A DNA stretch of 64,000 bases from Anthoceros angustus. Lineage: Eukaryota > Plantae > Anthocerotophyta. The stretch lies in the NCBI GenBank assembly GCA_010909165.1, contig VJWM01000239.1, positions 124,001 through 188,000 of the forward strand, given 5' to 3'. Made by a program: the position numbers and the translations under genes. Shown in pieces: positions 47,273 through 59,893 of this stretch. Under the pieces are notes generated by a model, which saw nothing but the letters and a program-made list of their open reading frames with translations, searched no databases and had not been told where the DNA came from. Numbering within the stretch: position 1 is the stretch's first letter; each line of letters opens with the position of its first letter.

Positions 47273-50200
47273 TGGTGAATTCCGGACTCAGTCGATTCTA
47301 CGACTAACTACTCTTAACGTTTACCGAACAGGCCCGGCGTGGCCAAACGTTTAAGGACTCGTTCGCGTTCGTATCCTACTAGTCCGTCCCTCGTTCGTCT
47401 ATTTCGTTCTCTTCGCCACTCTCACTACACTCATCATTCTTTGGAAAAGAGTGGGTGGGTTGCGTGGTCCGGTCCTCCTCCATCGTTCGGGGACCTCTCA
47501 GTCAAGCTCTACGCCCTCACGGAGTTCCTCCGCTCACACACAGTCCGTCCAGCGTCGGTCCATTGCCTGGAAGAGCAAGGGTTCTGATCGTTCGCCACGC
47601 ACACACCACGTTAGAGGTCCGTCACGGGACCTTGATCAATCTCTCCGGAGGTGCTGCACCTTTCGATGTTCGAGCCTCCGCGTTAGCAAAGACGCTGGGT
47701 CTACAAGGAGCCGGTATCCATGTGGGCTACCACTTTTGGGGTTAGGAAATAAGTTGGGTTTTGTTTTTCGTAGGTCAGTGTAAAATAAAGGCGGAAAAGG
47801 AGGAATAAGCACGGATGGCGCTCGGGCGTGCTCGGAGTGTACTCGGACTCGGGTAGGTAGTGGACCCCGGTACCACTCTGACGAGCCACGGACATGCCGG
47901 GTATCGGATAAGTCCGGACCCCAGTCAAAAGCAGGATAAATCGCCCGAAAGTAACTTAGAAGTTGAGTCGTGAGTCGACGGGCGCCACGTGGCCCCGAAT
48001 GGAAGGCAGCGGGCATGCGAGCCGGGGCCGTAGCCTTGCGAGGGCCGTTATAAGCGGTATTCACGCCCATCGGCGGCGTAAGGCGGAGTAGGCGGGCGGG
48101 TGAGGAAAAGCCATGCGGACCTGGCGATTCAGACGAGGAAGGGCACCTCCCGCCCGGCGGTTACTCCAGCGGCCGGAGCGAGGTCATTTCTCTGCGACCT
48201 CGAGACAATTCGCGGTCTCTTGCGCTCGCAAACCCTCTGGCGCTATCTCTCGACGCTCGAGGCACCAGCGCGGCTCACCTTTGGGGTTGGGCGTGACGCC
48301 GGAAGGCGCATCGTGCCGGCGATCACGGACAATCGTCTACGGAGTAAGAAGAAGAAGGCGATGGGACCCAAGAAGGCTGCGGTATGGCGCCATGGAACTG
48401 GTGGGCGCAACATTGTCACCGGCTATCCGGACTTTGGGCGTGGCTGGAGGAGGAGGATTGGTCGAGGTGGCAGGCGTGTTCAGGCAGGACATTTGTGATG
48501 TCACCTAGTCCGGAGTTCGCCGGGAAGATGTTTGGCGGCCAACAAGGAGGTTCGATCCAAGAACCTCGGGAGGATCGGAGGTGGACCTTGGAGGTCTGAG
48601 GCGGCTTACAATCGCCCGGCGGAGGAGATTGGGCGTAGTCCGGGAACCCCTCAGGCGAGGGAAAGATAGAGGCGGCGGCTTGAAGCCGGGCAGCGAACAA
48701 CCAGCTGGTTGATGTCGGACTGCTGGGCCGGGGAGGGTGAGGCGGTGGCGGATCAATCCCACGGAATGCTCACCAAGGTGGATCACCTTGGTGACAACTG
48801 TGTGTTCATGCATGCTGCGGCCAGGAAAGAGGTGCGGGAAGGATCGTCTTCGCGGGTTCAGCGAGGCCCTGGTGAGGTGCGAGAAGCCACCTCCGTCGGG
48901 ATCCCTGTCGATCCATGTGGGGACACTCGACCTCTGAAGGATGGGAAGAAGAGGCGGGCGCTCGGGAAGGGGTGGCGGCCCTACGAGCGGAGGCGGGCAA
49001 GGCGCCAGGTGGAGGCCCGACCCCTAGGCCAAACGGTCCGGAGGAGGACGATCGAGGATTCCTGACTCCATACGTACGGAGCGGACCCCCTCACCACTAG
49101 GGAAGTGTGGGAAGATATTCCCCGCTTCCCTCCTCTTGAGTGCCCAGGAGGCCGGTGCGGCGGGGAGGCGGTCCCGAGGCGGCGGCCCGGCAGCGGCGAC
49201 CAGCCGACCCGGCGGCCTGATGAGCCCGGACGGACTCGTCGGGGCCAAGCGGAAGATGGTGCCACCGCCAACGCAACACCGAGGCATTGTGCCCTTGCCC
49301 TTGCGGGTGAAGCGTGAGGCGGTGAGAAGGGCGAAAGAGCGCATCAGGAGGCGAGCGCGGCACGGGCAAGGTCACATGCGCCCGGCCAGGAGAGGCAGGG
49401 TCGACTCAGACCCCTCACCCTCCGAGCCCAGGACGAAGAGGCGAATAAGAATTGGCCAAGAGGCCAAGGAGGTGAGCTCTGGGACCTCATTTCAAGGACC
49501 TAAGGGACTGATTAGGTCAGAGCAGCCGGACTCGCTCAGGATGCAGTATGGAGGTCCTTAGACGTGAGATGCACTCCTGGCGGACTTTTGGGGCCTCACC
49601 AGTGGCGGCCGTGGAAGAGACACAGGCGGGTCATACACCGTCATGGGCAGTGTGCTCTGGGTCTCGCAGGACGGCCAGAAGACCCGGAGGTGGAAGCCAC
49701 GAGGCATGCTGCTCCTCCAGGGAGCAATTGGAGGCGGCGGGGAGGCGGAGGGAAAAGCTCTCGGCCGCATCGAAGAGGGAAGCGCCGAGGTCAGAGAAGT
49801 CCGTCCATTCGACAGATCGGATTAAGTTTCTTCACAAGTAGCAACGGCGGCAGTGAGGCCCAAGCCGGGCCGAGGATCTCGCCAACGGCGAGGGAGGCGC
49901 AGAGGGAGAGGCTCGCGACTGGCCGAGGCGGCCCGCCGCCCAACAGACCGGCCGAGGCTCACCAAGGCAAGACGGAAGTGAAGGCCACTAAGATCGACCG
50001 CGATCACTATCGGCGTGATCGAACCGGTGGAGGGAGGCCGGGTAGCCGCGCCAACCTCAAGGCCGAGCAAAGAAGGGAGGCACGGCCGAGCCGTGAGGAG
50101 GCATCTGAGGTCAAGACCGAGATCGGGACCTGTGGTGCACCGGCAGGAGGTAGAGGGGCGCAGAGATGGAGGACAAGAAGGACACCTTGGAGTTGCAACT

Positions 50201-51700
50201 CCAAGACGACGGAGCAGTAGGGGTTCTCAACGAGAATCCAAGACTTGCGAGATAGAACGCCCAGCTCCGCCTCAAGACGGAGGAGAATAGGCGTGCAAGG
50301 AGTTCGACGCAGCAGCAGCAGGAGATGTGGTAAGCCGAGTCGAACGGGATACCGGGAGGGAGGAAAGTGACCGGAAAGAGTAGACGGAGGAGGAAAGCTG
50401 AGAGAAGCAACCTACGCCTCAGTCCCCACAGTGTGAAGTAGAGGAGTCACTCCCCTAGCCCAAACCCATGAGCCGGAACAACGGAGGGAGAACGCCAAGC
50501 AGCGAAGGCTGCAGAGGTAACCATGGCCCCCGACGGCCTCAAGGAGTCCGCCCTACCATAACAGCTTACACTGAGACGGGCCGCAGCAGACGACATGCCC
50601 AAATTGGGAGCACCCATGGAGGAGGGAGTACCAGTGCTCCGGCTATGTGGAAGAGGCAAGTCGATTCCGCTTACTACCACTTAGTGACAAGTGGATTTAG
50701 TGCCTCAGCTTGTCCATACTGGCTGATGCCTCGCCCACGCTAAAGCTGCTACCTAACGCTTTTGGAGTTTATATAAACGACTGCAAGGAAAGAAAATGAC
50801 AAGAAAAAGTTATGATGATTCATATTGATTAAGAAGCCTGCCTCAAGTCTCTGAGGTCCCGCACCACCCTAGGCGGAGGGTGGGCCCCGGCGGGCCTCCC
50901 AAGGCGGTGCAAGGAGGACGGACTGGACAACAGCAAGCACGGAGCCCCAGGAGCTACTGCTTGACGGACGGCACAGCAGCAGCCGAGGGAGAGCAACGGA
51001 CGAGGAGGAGGGAGGGTCGCGACACCGAGGAGGCACTCGACCCCCACATGGAAGGAAGGGAGGCGGATCTTGGGAGGTCATGGAAAGGCTCTGCATTCGG
51101 AACCAAGGAGGCTCAGGATGAGCCCTGATCAGCCCGCAAGGAGGCAGCTGAGCCTCGCGGTCCGGACTTTGTTCGGACTCCAGGAAAGGCGATCCCAAGC
51201 CTCACCCCTAAGGGAAGTCCTGACTTAGAGATCCAGATCGAGTGACGAGTCCTGACCCCCGAGGTCCCACTGGAAGGGTCCAAGACCGACCTCAGCAGGC
51301 AAGTCTCGGACCCCGAGGTCCGGACTCCAAAAGAAGGTCTGACACTGAGACCGACCTCGAGGAAGACCGGACCTAGAGGTCCTGGACCGAGCCCGGACGG
51401 GGTCTGAGGTCCAAATTTAGGGAGTGGAGAGCCACCAATCACTGCCCCAGCAGATCTAGGCCTCGAGGGCCCATTGCAGGGCCCGCGAGAGATAAGAGAG
51501 GTGGGCGAGGAAGATTGAGCGCCATCGCTTGTCAGCCGCGCTGATAGACCCTGAAGAGGCGGCCCCGCCCCTGGATTATCCGATTGCCGATGGTGGCTGG
51601 CCAGCAAGAAGGAATGTGGCCATCCCACCCACCACCGACGGGCGATAGGGAGGATTAGGGGAGATAGTAGTAGGTTAGGCACACCTGAGGTCCTCGCTGT
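47273..51700 (+). mobile_element. GC-rich pol-less element, plus-strand copy (LTR-like segment 47300-47670; ORF start MGPKKAAVW at 48361)
   Basis: Reverse-complement homology to 51835-56830 and to 32800-33900 / 36500-37355. Confidence 0.6.
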
Positions 51701-52697
51701 AATAGAGGTGTAATAAAGGCGCCGACCTTCGGCGAGTATAAGAGGGCCGAGGCCACGTAATAAATCATCTTCTCTTGGTGTTGATGCCGCTTTCTTGCAC
51801 CTTTGTGTGTCTTCATGCTAACGTGAGTCCCGAGTCATCGAAAGGTGCACGGCGTACCGGGAGAGATCAAGGTCCCGTGACGGACCCTAACGTGTGTGGT
51901 GTGTGGAAGAGGACCGGGACCCTTGTTCCAGAGCGCCCAACGCCGGACCGGAACGCGGTGAAGCCGGAGGAACTCCGGAGGGCGGCAGAGCTGACGGAGA
52001 GGCCCGGTTGAGCAACGGAGGAGGTCTGATCGCAGGCGTAATGCTCTTTCCCAAAGTTGATGAGCGTAGCGAGAATGGTGAGAGGAACGGACTAGAGGAA
52101 CGAAAGTGGCATACGTGAACAATACGGACGCAACGTTCAAACGTTTGGCCTGCCCCGCTAGGTGAACGTTAGGAGTAGTTAGCGTACGCTTGTGTGTGTT
52201 AACGAGCGGTCTAGTAAGGTGAGAATCGATCGAACGCGCAAACGGAGCTTATCATTCTCTTGGGAACGACTCATTACTACGATCGATTGTGCGCGCCCGT
52301 CTGTCGTCACAAAGTCGCGCCAATCCACCCCAAGAAAAGACGCTTTACTAGAGCAGCCTGCCCTCTTATACTGCAGCCCAAGGGCGTCTTTATTACACTT
52401 ATTCGAAATGGTGGCCAGCTCGGATGCCCTAGCTAGCCGCCTACTACCTCCCCTCTTCCACCTCCGTTGGTTGGGTGGAGGCCTTGGTTCCTCGGCCTGG
52501 TGGCCCAATCACCCACAAGTGCGGCGCACCACTTGATGATCCGCAGGCGGGCCCCTTCCCTTCCCGAGACTGGCAGTGATGAGTTACCCGCCTTCGACAA
52601 CCGCGAACCACCACATTCCTCTCCTCTCTCGCCTCCCGAGTGGGTCCCTACTGGGACCAATCGCCTACCTGCGGTGGTGGTGATCCCCTTCTCCTCC

Positions 52698-52850
52698 TGA
52701 GTCCGGACCTTGGGGTCCAGTCTCGACTCTGGGGTCCGGATCTCGGGGTCCGGCCTTATTTCTGGAGTTCGGACCTCAGGGTCCAGTCTCGTCTCTGGGG
52801 TTTGGACCTCGGGGTCCGATCTTATTTCCGGGGTCCAGATCTTAGGTCTC
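52698..52850 (-). repeat. 33-bp coding minisatellite (~4.5 units; DPEVRTPExRx)
   Basis: ORF 52433-53251 reads PEIRSDPEVQTPETRLDPEVRTPEIRPDPEIRTPESRLDPKVRT. Degenerate homologous units lie at ~51170-51420 on the plus strand. Confidence 0.85.
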
Positions 52851-53369
52851 GGAATCACGGGCCCTTGGACTTTGACATCTGGGGGTCCGTCCTCACTCAC
52901 CGGACCCCCCTCTTGGCTTGGGTCTTCCCGGTATTCTCCTTCTCCACCCCCTTCGAGGCCCTCCTCCCTTCCTTCCCTGGAGGGTTGCGGCTGGCTTACC
53001 TTGTGTTTCGTTGGGTTGGCCGCGTTCTGCTCCTCTTGAGGCTCCTCTCCACTACTGCCCTCATCCCCAAATAGTGCCACCAAGGTCCCGGTGGCTGTGC
53101 TATCCCCGGGACCCTCTTCTCCTCCCCCTCCTTCTAATCCATCCGGAGGTCCGTCGATTTGACGAGGTTGGCGCAGGACCTCCAAGGCTTTGAGGAGTTC
53201 GGCATGGTAGTAGGCAAAGTCTGAGTCGACTTGTTGGATTGCCTCTTCCACATGCGCCGGGCACGGTACTCTTCGCAGGTGTTCTCCGGCGGTACTTAAC
53301 CTGCTTCTTGGAGGCGGGATCTCGTGAGGCGGGCGGAATCTCGTGAGGCCGCCATGAGGCCTCCACTAC

Positions 53370-54560
53370 TGCAGCCTCCGCCTCCTCCCCGCCCATCTCC
53401 CTCCGCTTTAGCGATTTTAGGCCCACCGCCATGGCGCAACGTTCTCCTTCCGCCTTCCGTAGCCGGACCAGGCCTCTTCTCTCGCCTTCCAGCCCTCGCC
53501 CCCATTCATCCCGCCCAAGCTCCGCCATCTCCTTCCTAGGCGGTCCTCACTTGGGCCTCGCTCATCCAAGTCCTTCTCCATTTTACGCCCGCCTGCTCCT
53601 TCTGCTGTCACCTCTCCGCCTCCAACAGTTGGAGCCTATCTCTCGCTGTGGTCTGCGATTATACCTTGGAGCTCCGCTCTGCTCACATCGTGCTTGGAGC
53701 TACGGCTCCAAGGTTTCTTCATGTCCTCTCTGCCCTGGTCTCCGCCCTGGTGAGCCCGAGATCTCATCTCCGTTCTCTCTCCTCTCTCGCACGGCCGCCA
53801 TGCGCTCCGTCATGTTGTTCGCCTTGTTGGCCGCGCTCTGTCCCTCCTCACCATCTCGCCGATAGTGGTTCGGCTACATTTAGCAGCGGCTTGCCTCCGC
53901 TTCACCCCGAGCCTCCCAAACTTGGTTGCTCCACGAGCCGCCCAAGTCCCAGCCCTCTCCGCCGCCTCCTCCTCTGCCCATCTCCCTCCGCTTTAGCGAT
54001 TTTAGGCCCACCGCCATGGCGCAACGCCTCCTTCCGCCTGTGAGCCGGGACCGCCAGCCTCTTCTCTCGCCTGCAGCCTCGCCTCCCATTCATCCCGGCC
54101 TCAAGCTCCATCTCCCTTCCTAGGCGGTCCGGCAGCCCGCCCGGCCTCGCCTATCCAAGTCCTTCTCCATTTCGGCAACGCCCCGCCTTGTCGCCGCTCA
54201 CCTCTCCGCCTCCAACAGTTGGAGCGCCTATCTCTCGCCGTGGTTCCGCGATATACCTTGGAGAGCTCCGCTGCTCAATCGCGCTTTGGAGCTACAAACA
54301 AGGTTTTTGCGTCCTCCATCTCCGCATTGCTCCGCCTCGTGAATCAGCCCGAGATCTCCATCTCCCTGGCCGGCCTCCTCCTCGCACGGCCCATGCCCGC
54401 CTGCCGCCGCTTGTTCGGCCTTCGTGGCCGGTCGCCTGCCTCCTCCACCACCCGATCTCGCCTGATAGTGGTTCGGCTGCTTTAGCCAAGGCTTCGGCCT
54501 CGCGCCTTCACCCCGAGCCTCCCAAACTTGGTGTTGCCTCGGCCGAGCCGGGCCAAGTCC
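53370..54560. repeat. ~586-bp tandem duplication in a coiled-coil-like ORF region
   Basis: CCATCTCCCTCCGCTTTAGCGATTTTAGGCCCACCGCCATGGCGCAACG occurs at ~53392 and ~53978. Confidence 0.82.
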
Positions 54561-57500
54561 TGCCCTTCCCCGCCCGGCCTCCTCTAGCTCCCTCCGAGCC
54601 GCCTCCGCTTGCAAAGGTCCTCCGCCTTGCTTGGGCCTCTTGCGCCGCTCACCGTCGACATTGAAGGATCTTGGTCCGATCTTGTTGAACGCGGACCGGA
54701 CCTCTCACCACGCCTCCTCCTCCTCGATTCTCGCGAGGGACTCCGCCTTCTTCACTGGGCCCACCTCCACACCGCCCGGAGTAGCACCATTCGCCTCCTG
54801 GTGGCCTCCACTTGGTCTTCCCGCTGCCCAGAGACCCAGAGCATACCGTCCATGACTTGCCGACACCCGCCAAGCTCCTCCACGCCTGGCCACTGGGAGG
54901 CACCAAATAAGTTCGCTAGGTGCGGGCATCTCCTACCGCTAGGGGACGCATACCGCAGCCCCGAGGGAGTCCTGACCGGCTCTCCGACCCAATCAGACCA
55001 TCGTGTCTTGAGTATCCTGTCCGGACCTTCCACCTCTTTGGCCTGCTTTGGTCATAGCCCTTCTCCGCCTTCTTTGTTTGGGGCTTGAGGTGGTGAGGGG
55101 GTCCTGAGCTAGCTCTCTTGCCCCTACCCGGCTGGAGACAGGGCTCGGGTGCGGCTGCCAAGGGCCTCGGCTTGGGCGATCTCGCCTCTTCCGCTGCCTC
55201 CGCCTCCGCCACTCCTGGTAGGTAGGGGGAACCGGTGCGTCTTGGCGCTGGTGGGGGCCTTCCGCCTCTGGCTACCTCCTCCCGTCCGGCGAGGCTCCAC
55301 GGCCGGGTCATGTGGCCGCTGGCTGCCGCTCGCCAGCCTGTGGGTGCCCTTCCGCCAGGAGCTCCACTACAAGAACCAACAAGGGAGGCGGGATGTCTTC
55401 CCACACTCCTCGGGCGAGGGATCCGCTCTGTATGGAGTCCAAATTCCCTCGTTGCCTTCCTCCTGCCGCTATTTTAGGAGGACGGACCTCCGCCTGTGTT
55501 TCCTCGCCTGGCCCGGGGGGCCACCCCCTTCCTAACGCCTGGCCTCCTCTCCTCAGAGGTTGAGGTGTCCCCATACATGGATGAGGAATGGTGACAACGC
55601 CGATGGAGGCGACTTCTCACTCCGGAGTTTTGTGGCCTCCTAGTTGATCCGGGCGAAGATAATTCGCCCCCAGTCGGCCCTCTTTCCTCTCTGCAGGGCG
55701 TGGAGGAATACTAGAAGGTTGTCACCAAGGTGGTCCACCTTGATGAGCATGTTCCAATGGACAATGACCTTCGCCATCGCTCACCACTGTCATTCACAGT
55801 CCGAGCATCAACCAGCCATTGGAGGACCCAAGGCCCTGGCCTCAACACCCGCCGCCCGCCGCCTACCTTCCTCACCTTCAGGGCCCGGACCACTCACTTC
55901 CAATCAAGCGATTGTAACCGCCTCGTGACCTTCACGGTCCAACTCCGGGTCCTCCTCGCTCTTGAGCGACCTTCTTGTTGGCCACCGCCAACATTCTTCC
56001 GAAAGGCATTTCTATCAGAGTGACGCTATCAAAAGTCCAAACCGCCCGGAAGATATCCAGGTGCCACTCCTCCACCAACTTCTCCGCTTCCTCCAGCCAG
56101 GGTCCGAAGTCGAGGTATCGTTTGGTGACGATGTTGCGCTCCACCAAGCACCAGGGCTCCCACACTTCCACCCCCTTCTTGGGCCCCATTGCTGCGATCA
56201 CGGTGTTCTGTCGAGGTGCAGCTTCGCGACTCTCCGCCTCGCCGTGAGTCCATCGCCCAAGTAAAGCTATTTAAAGATGCTCGGGCGCTTGAAGAGACAA
56301 CGCCAGAGAGCGGGGTGTCTAAGTGCGAGAGACTGCGAAAACCGCCGCGAGGTGGCCTGAAAGAATGACCGCCGAGTGGCGACGCCGAGAGTAATCAAGC
56401 GCCGATGGGCGCCTTCATATTTGTAATCGCTGAGGCTCGCATGGCTTATTTAGCCTTACGCCACCGCTGCATTTAGCTCTTTACGGCGCCACCCGAGCGT
56501 GAATACCGCTACCTGCCACCTGCAACCAGGTCCCGTCCACGCCTGCCCACCTCTCTCACTGGCCCCACGTACGCCTCACCGCCAATACGCTTACTCCCTA
56601 AGTTACTTTTCATGCGATTTATCCCGCCTTACTCCCGGAGTGTAGTCCTGGACTTACCGCAGCAGGTTTCGCGACTGCTTTCCGCCTCCGGAAAGTGTCG
56701 CCCCTGTACCGCCTACTCCGAGTGCACCGAGGACTCCGACCTTATTTCTCCATTTCCGCCTTATTTTCTACTCCACACCTACGAAAAAAAAACAAAAACT
56801 AGCTCTTTTCCTACCCAAGGGAAGAGTCCGTGGCCCACAGTTGTCTACTGAGAATTTGAAGTGCCGGACTGATGTGTAGATGCAACACATGAAGATATCA
56901 AATTGATCTTTGCTCCTATCAAATTTGCCGCGAAGTGAGAGCGGGAACAAGAATACGCAGCAGTAGTGAGTAACGAGTGAGAATGAACAAGAGTATGCTG
57001 AAATATTATGGTGAATGGAAAGGGACAACATAATGGAGGTGTAGTTGGCAACTTTATCATACCACAAGGATGTAAGCCTAAAGGCTCAAAAATGTTTTGT
57101 ACGTTATAAAAACTATACAAGTTATTCAAACATACAGAATCCTCGTAACACACTCACTTTTCCTCTAGCGAGGTGGCACGTATGGTGTACCGAATGCTCA
57201 GTTCTAAACAAATCTTTGTAGAACCTACAGTCCTACCAAAAACTTTGTTTTAGAGTGCCACAAGTATTAATAAAAATGGTTCTCAACTCCTCCTCTCGCT
57301 ATACCGAATGCATACGTCTTAAAATATTTCCGTACCTTGAGTTAGGGTTGCATTAGGGTTTGACGGTTGTCGTTGACCTTGTTGACACACTGATATCTTG
57401 ACAATGCAAGGGTTTGCTTGTGGGAGGCCTTATGGCCTTTTTACACACACCGATGGTGACAGGGTCATGGTGGCATTGGCAACCGACTGGACAATGCCAC

Positions 57501-59893
57501 CATGGTAGACCATTCTCGACGGTCGTGACACGCCGTTGCACACCGCCCATGTTGACCACCGATGGGCACATGGAATGAACCCTGGAAATTAGGATTTTCA
57601 ACCGCCCCATCTTTGACAAAATGTTTCATTTTTAGAAGCGAAGCTGAATGAAAATCACAAACGGTGGACAAAGAATACTCATACATTATCGTAGGAACAT
57701 CCACATCTCCTTTTGAGGCTAGAGCGCTTCGTCTGTAGCAAGAAAATCGTCTGCATCAAGGAATTCATATGTGACCACAACAAGTTGACTTGGAAGGGTA
57801 AATGTTAGAAGATGTTTGTACTATCTTCTTAGACTACTTAAAGCTATTCACATCGGTGAGTATCTATAGATTGAAGGACACTGTACCTTTAAATAAAAGA
57901 CCATCAGATCCAGGAAATGCTACAACGCCTATGCTAAAGTGCCCAGGCTGGTATCAACCTTGCCCATTGAATTGTACAGATGCACCCGCTCACAGAGATG
58001 TACCCGTGTACAAAGATGAACCCGCTCACCAACCAGCCCTCCGGTGCGAATCGCCCATTAATGAATATACCTGCTACACCCCGCTTACCTGTATCAATTT
58101 AACAAATATAGTATATTACATGCCTAATATTTCGGCCAAATTGATGGGCTTTATCAGACTTCAAAGTTGTCAAACTTCACCAGCCTTGGGAGATAGGTGA
58201 TGTTCTGACATGCCTGTCAATGCCACCTAGACACCACACATCATCCATGCTCGTGCCATCGGCTGTAGGTGTAAAATTGAAAACGAATGTCTGTGCAATA
58301 TTCTTTGACCACATACACACCGGCCATTTAATATAAAACTGCCTTTAAGGTCAAATTTGGGCGCCCAGGTACTTCAAAGGTCCTCTAGCCAAACAAGGGC
58401 ACCCTAAACCTGGCCTAACACCTCCACCCTCCAAACGCCTAGCGGCTCGATAGTACCTTAGGAGATGCAACTTGAAATGGGAGCCATGAGGCAAGGGCAT
58501 TTGCTCCCTTGCTGCATGGCTTCCATGTGAAAACCTTAAACCCTCAAGTCATTGTGTGAACATGGTTTTTTTGAAGCAAGATCCGAAAATAAACCCCTAG
58601 AGCAATTGTATAAACTTTATGTAGTACATGCATGCTTCAAGTTTAGGGTTTAGATATTAGGGTTCGGCGCCCTTGAACAGCGAAAAGAACTTTAGGCTCT
58701 CGGGAGAAATGTATATATGGCTAACGTTTGTATGGCTCACATCCATCCTTGTAACTTCGACCACCTTGGGATCCGTATGCGGTGCGGTGTGCGAAGTAAT
58801 GCGGTGCGGTCTGCGGTGGGGTATGTCCCAAAGGTTCAGGGCTTGCTTCGTGGTGGCCTATGTGGCTCTGTTACGTTGAATATAGGGTGTTGGGGTTAAT
58901 ATTGCGGTGAGCATGGGGTGAAGGAGGTCGCGATGACGACATGATTTATGGTTCTTAGTGCAAAGGTCGTGCTGAGGATATGATTTAGGGTTTTTGGTGC
59001 GAAGATCGCGGTGAGGACATGATTTAGGAGGTCAAGTGGCTTTCTTTCGTGGGGATGAATTGGTGGTGTTTAGCCCTCGTTCACGCATTTTCATTGACAT
59101 TGTTGATTGATTGAAGATTATTTGTTTTGTTTGAATTTTACCTTTACGTTCGTCCAGACCATTTTACCGTAATAGATGTAGTTGCAATATTTCAATCCCA
59201 TCGACGAAAATCCGTCCTTAGTGGACTTAAATAAAATTCTTTTTCTTCTTTTTCTTTGTACTTAGTAACTGTGTACATGAAAATAAGTAAAAATGTGCAA
59301 CAGAGAGAAAATGCAGAAAAACTATTCTATGAATCCGCGAAGAATGTGCATTTGATACACCATAGGCAAGCTCAAATTTGGGTGAAAGTTTAACTGATAG
59401 ATAAAAATAAACTCGATTAAGATTGAAACACGAGCCGATCAAATCAATCACCGTCACCCGGCCATGTGGAGCTCATTGCTGCTGTGTCCATGATCCCATT
59501 CTACCCTTTCCGTGCGATGTTCCTACCTACTCACCAATTCTCGGGCCTCTAGGCGTTCATTGATTCCGCGAAATCCGTCAGCTTGCAATCGCCTGGTTCG
59601 CCTTGGACTTAGAATGGCAACTCCTGACAATGTGCTGAATTTCTTTAGTCGTAAGTGATATGATATGAATGATGCATCTGCCAAACCCTAAATCCTTGGA
59701 GGCGTTGTTCCAGCTCCGTCCAATCTCACGAACTTCAGCATCCTTGCACGGCGATGCGGAAGTTGAATTGCCATATCCAGATGGGGACACTATTCAACTG
59801 AAAGGACTAAGGCAGGGGTTCTCGTCATCCGGATAAAAGCAATGAGCTGTTTCCCTGTCTGCTAGACTGGGATACATTCCGTCAGAAGCTGGA

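Larger units (their letters stand above)
51835..56850 (-). mobile_element. GC-rich pol-less element, minus-strand copy (ORF MGPKKGVEVWEPW at ~56189; coiled-coil and repeat ORFs; LTR-like segment 51835-52185)
   Basis: Inverted homolog of 47300-51700. The LTR-like segment is upstream of the ORFs in one copy and downstream in the other, in the same relative sense. Confidence 0.6.

Noticed and set aside
58400-59050. Scattered TTTAGGG/AAACCCT telomere-like motifs
   Set aside because: No tandem array; isolated telo-box-like motifs are common in plant intergenic DNA.
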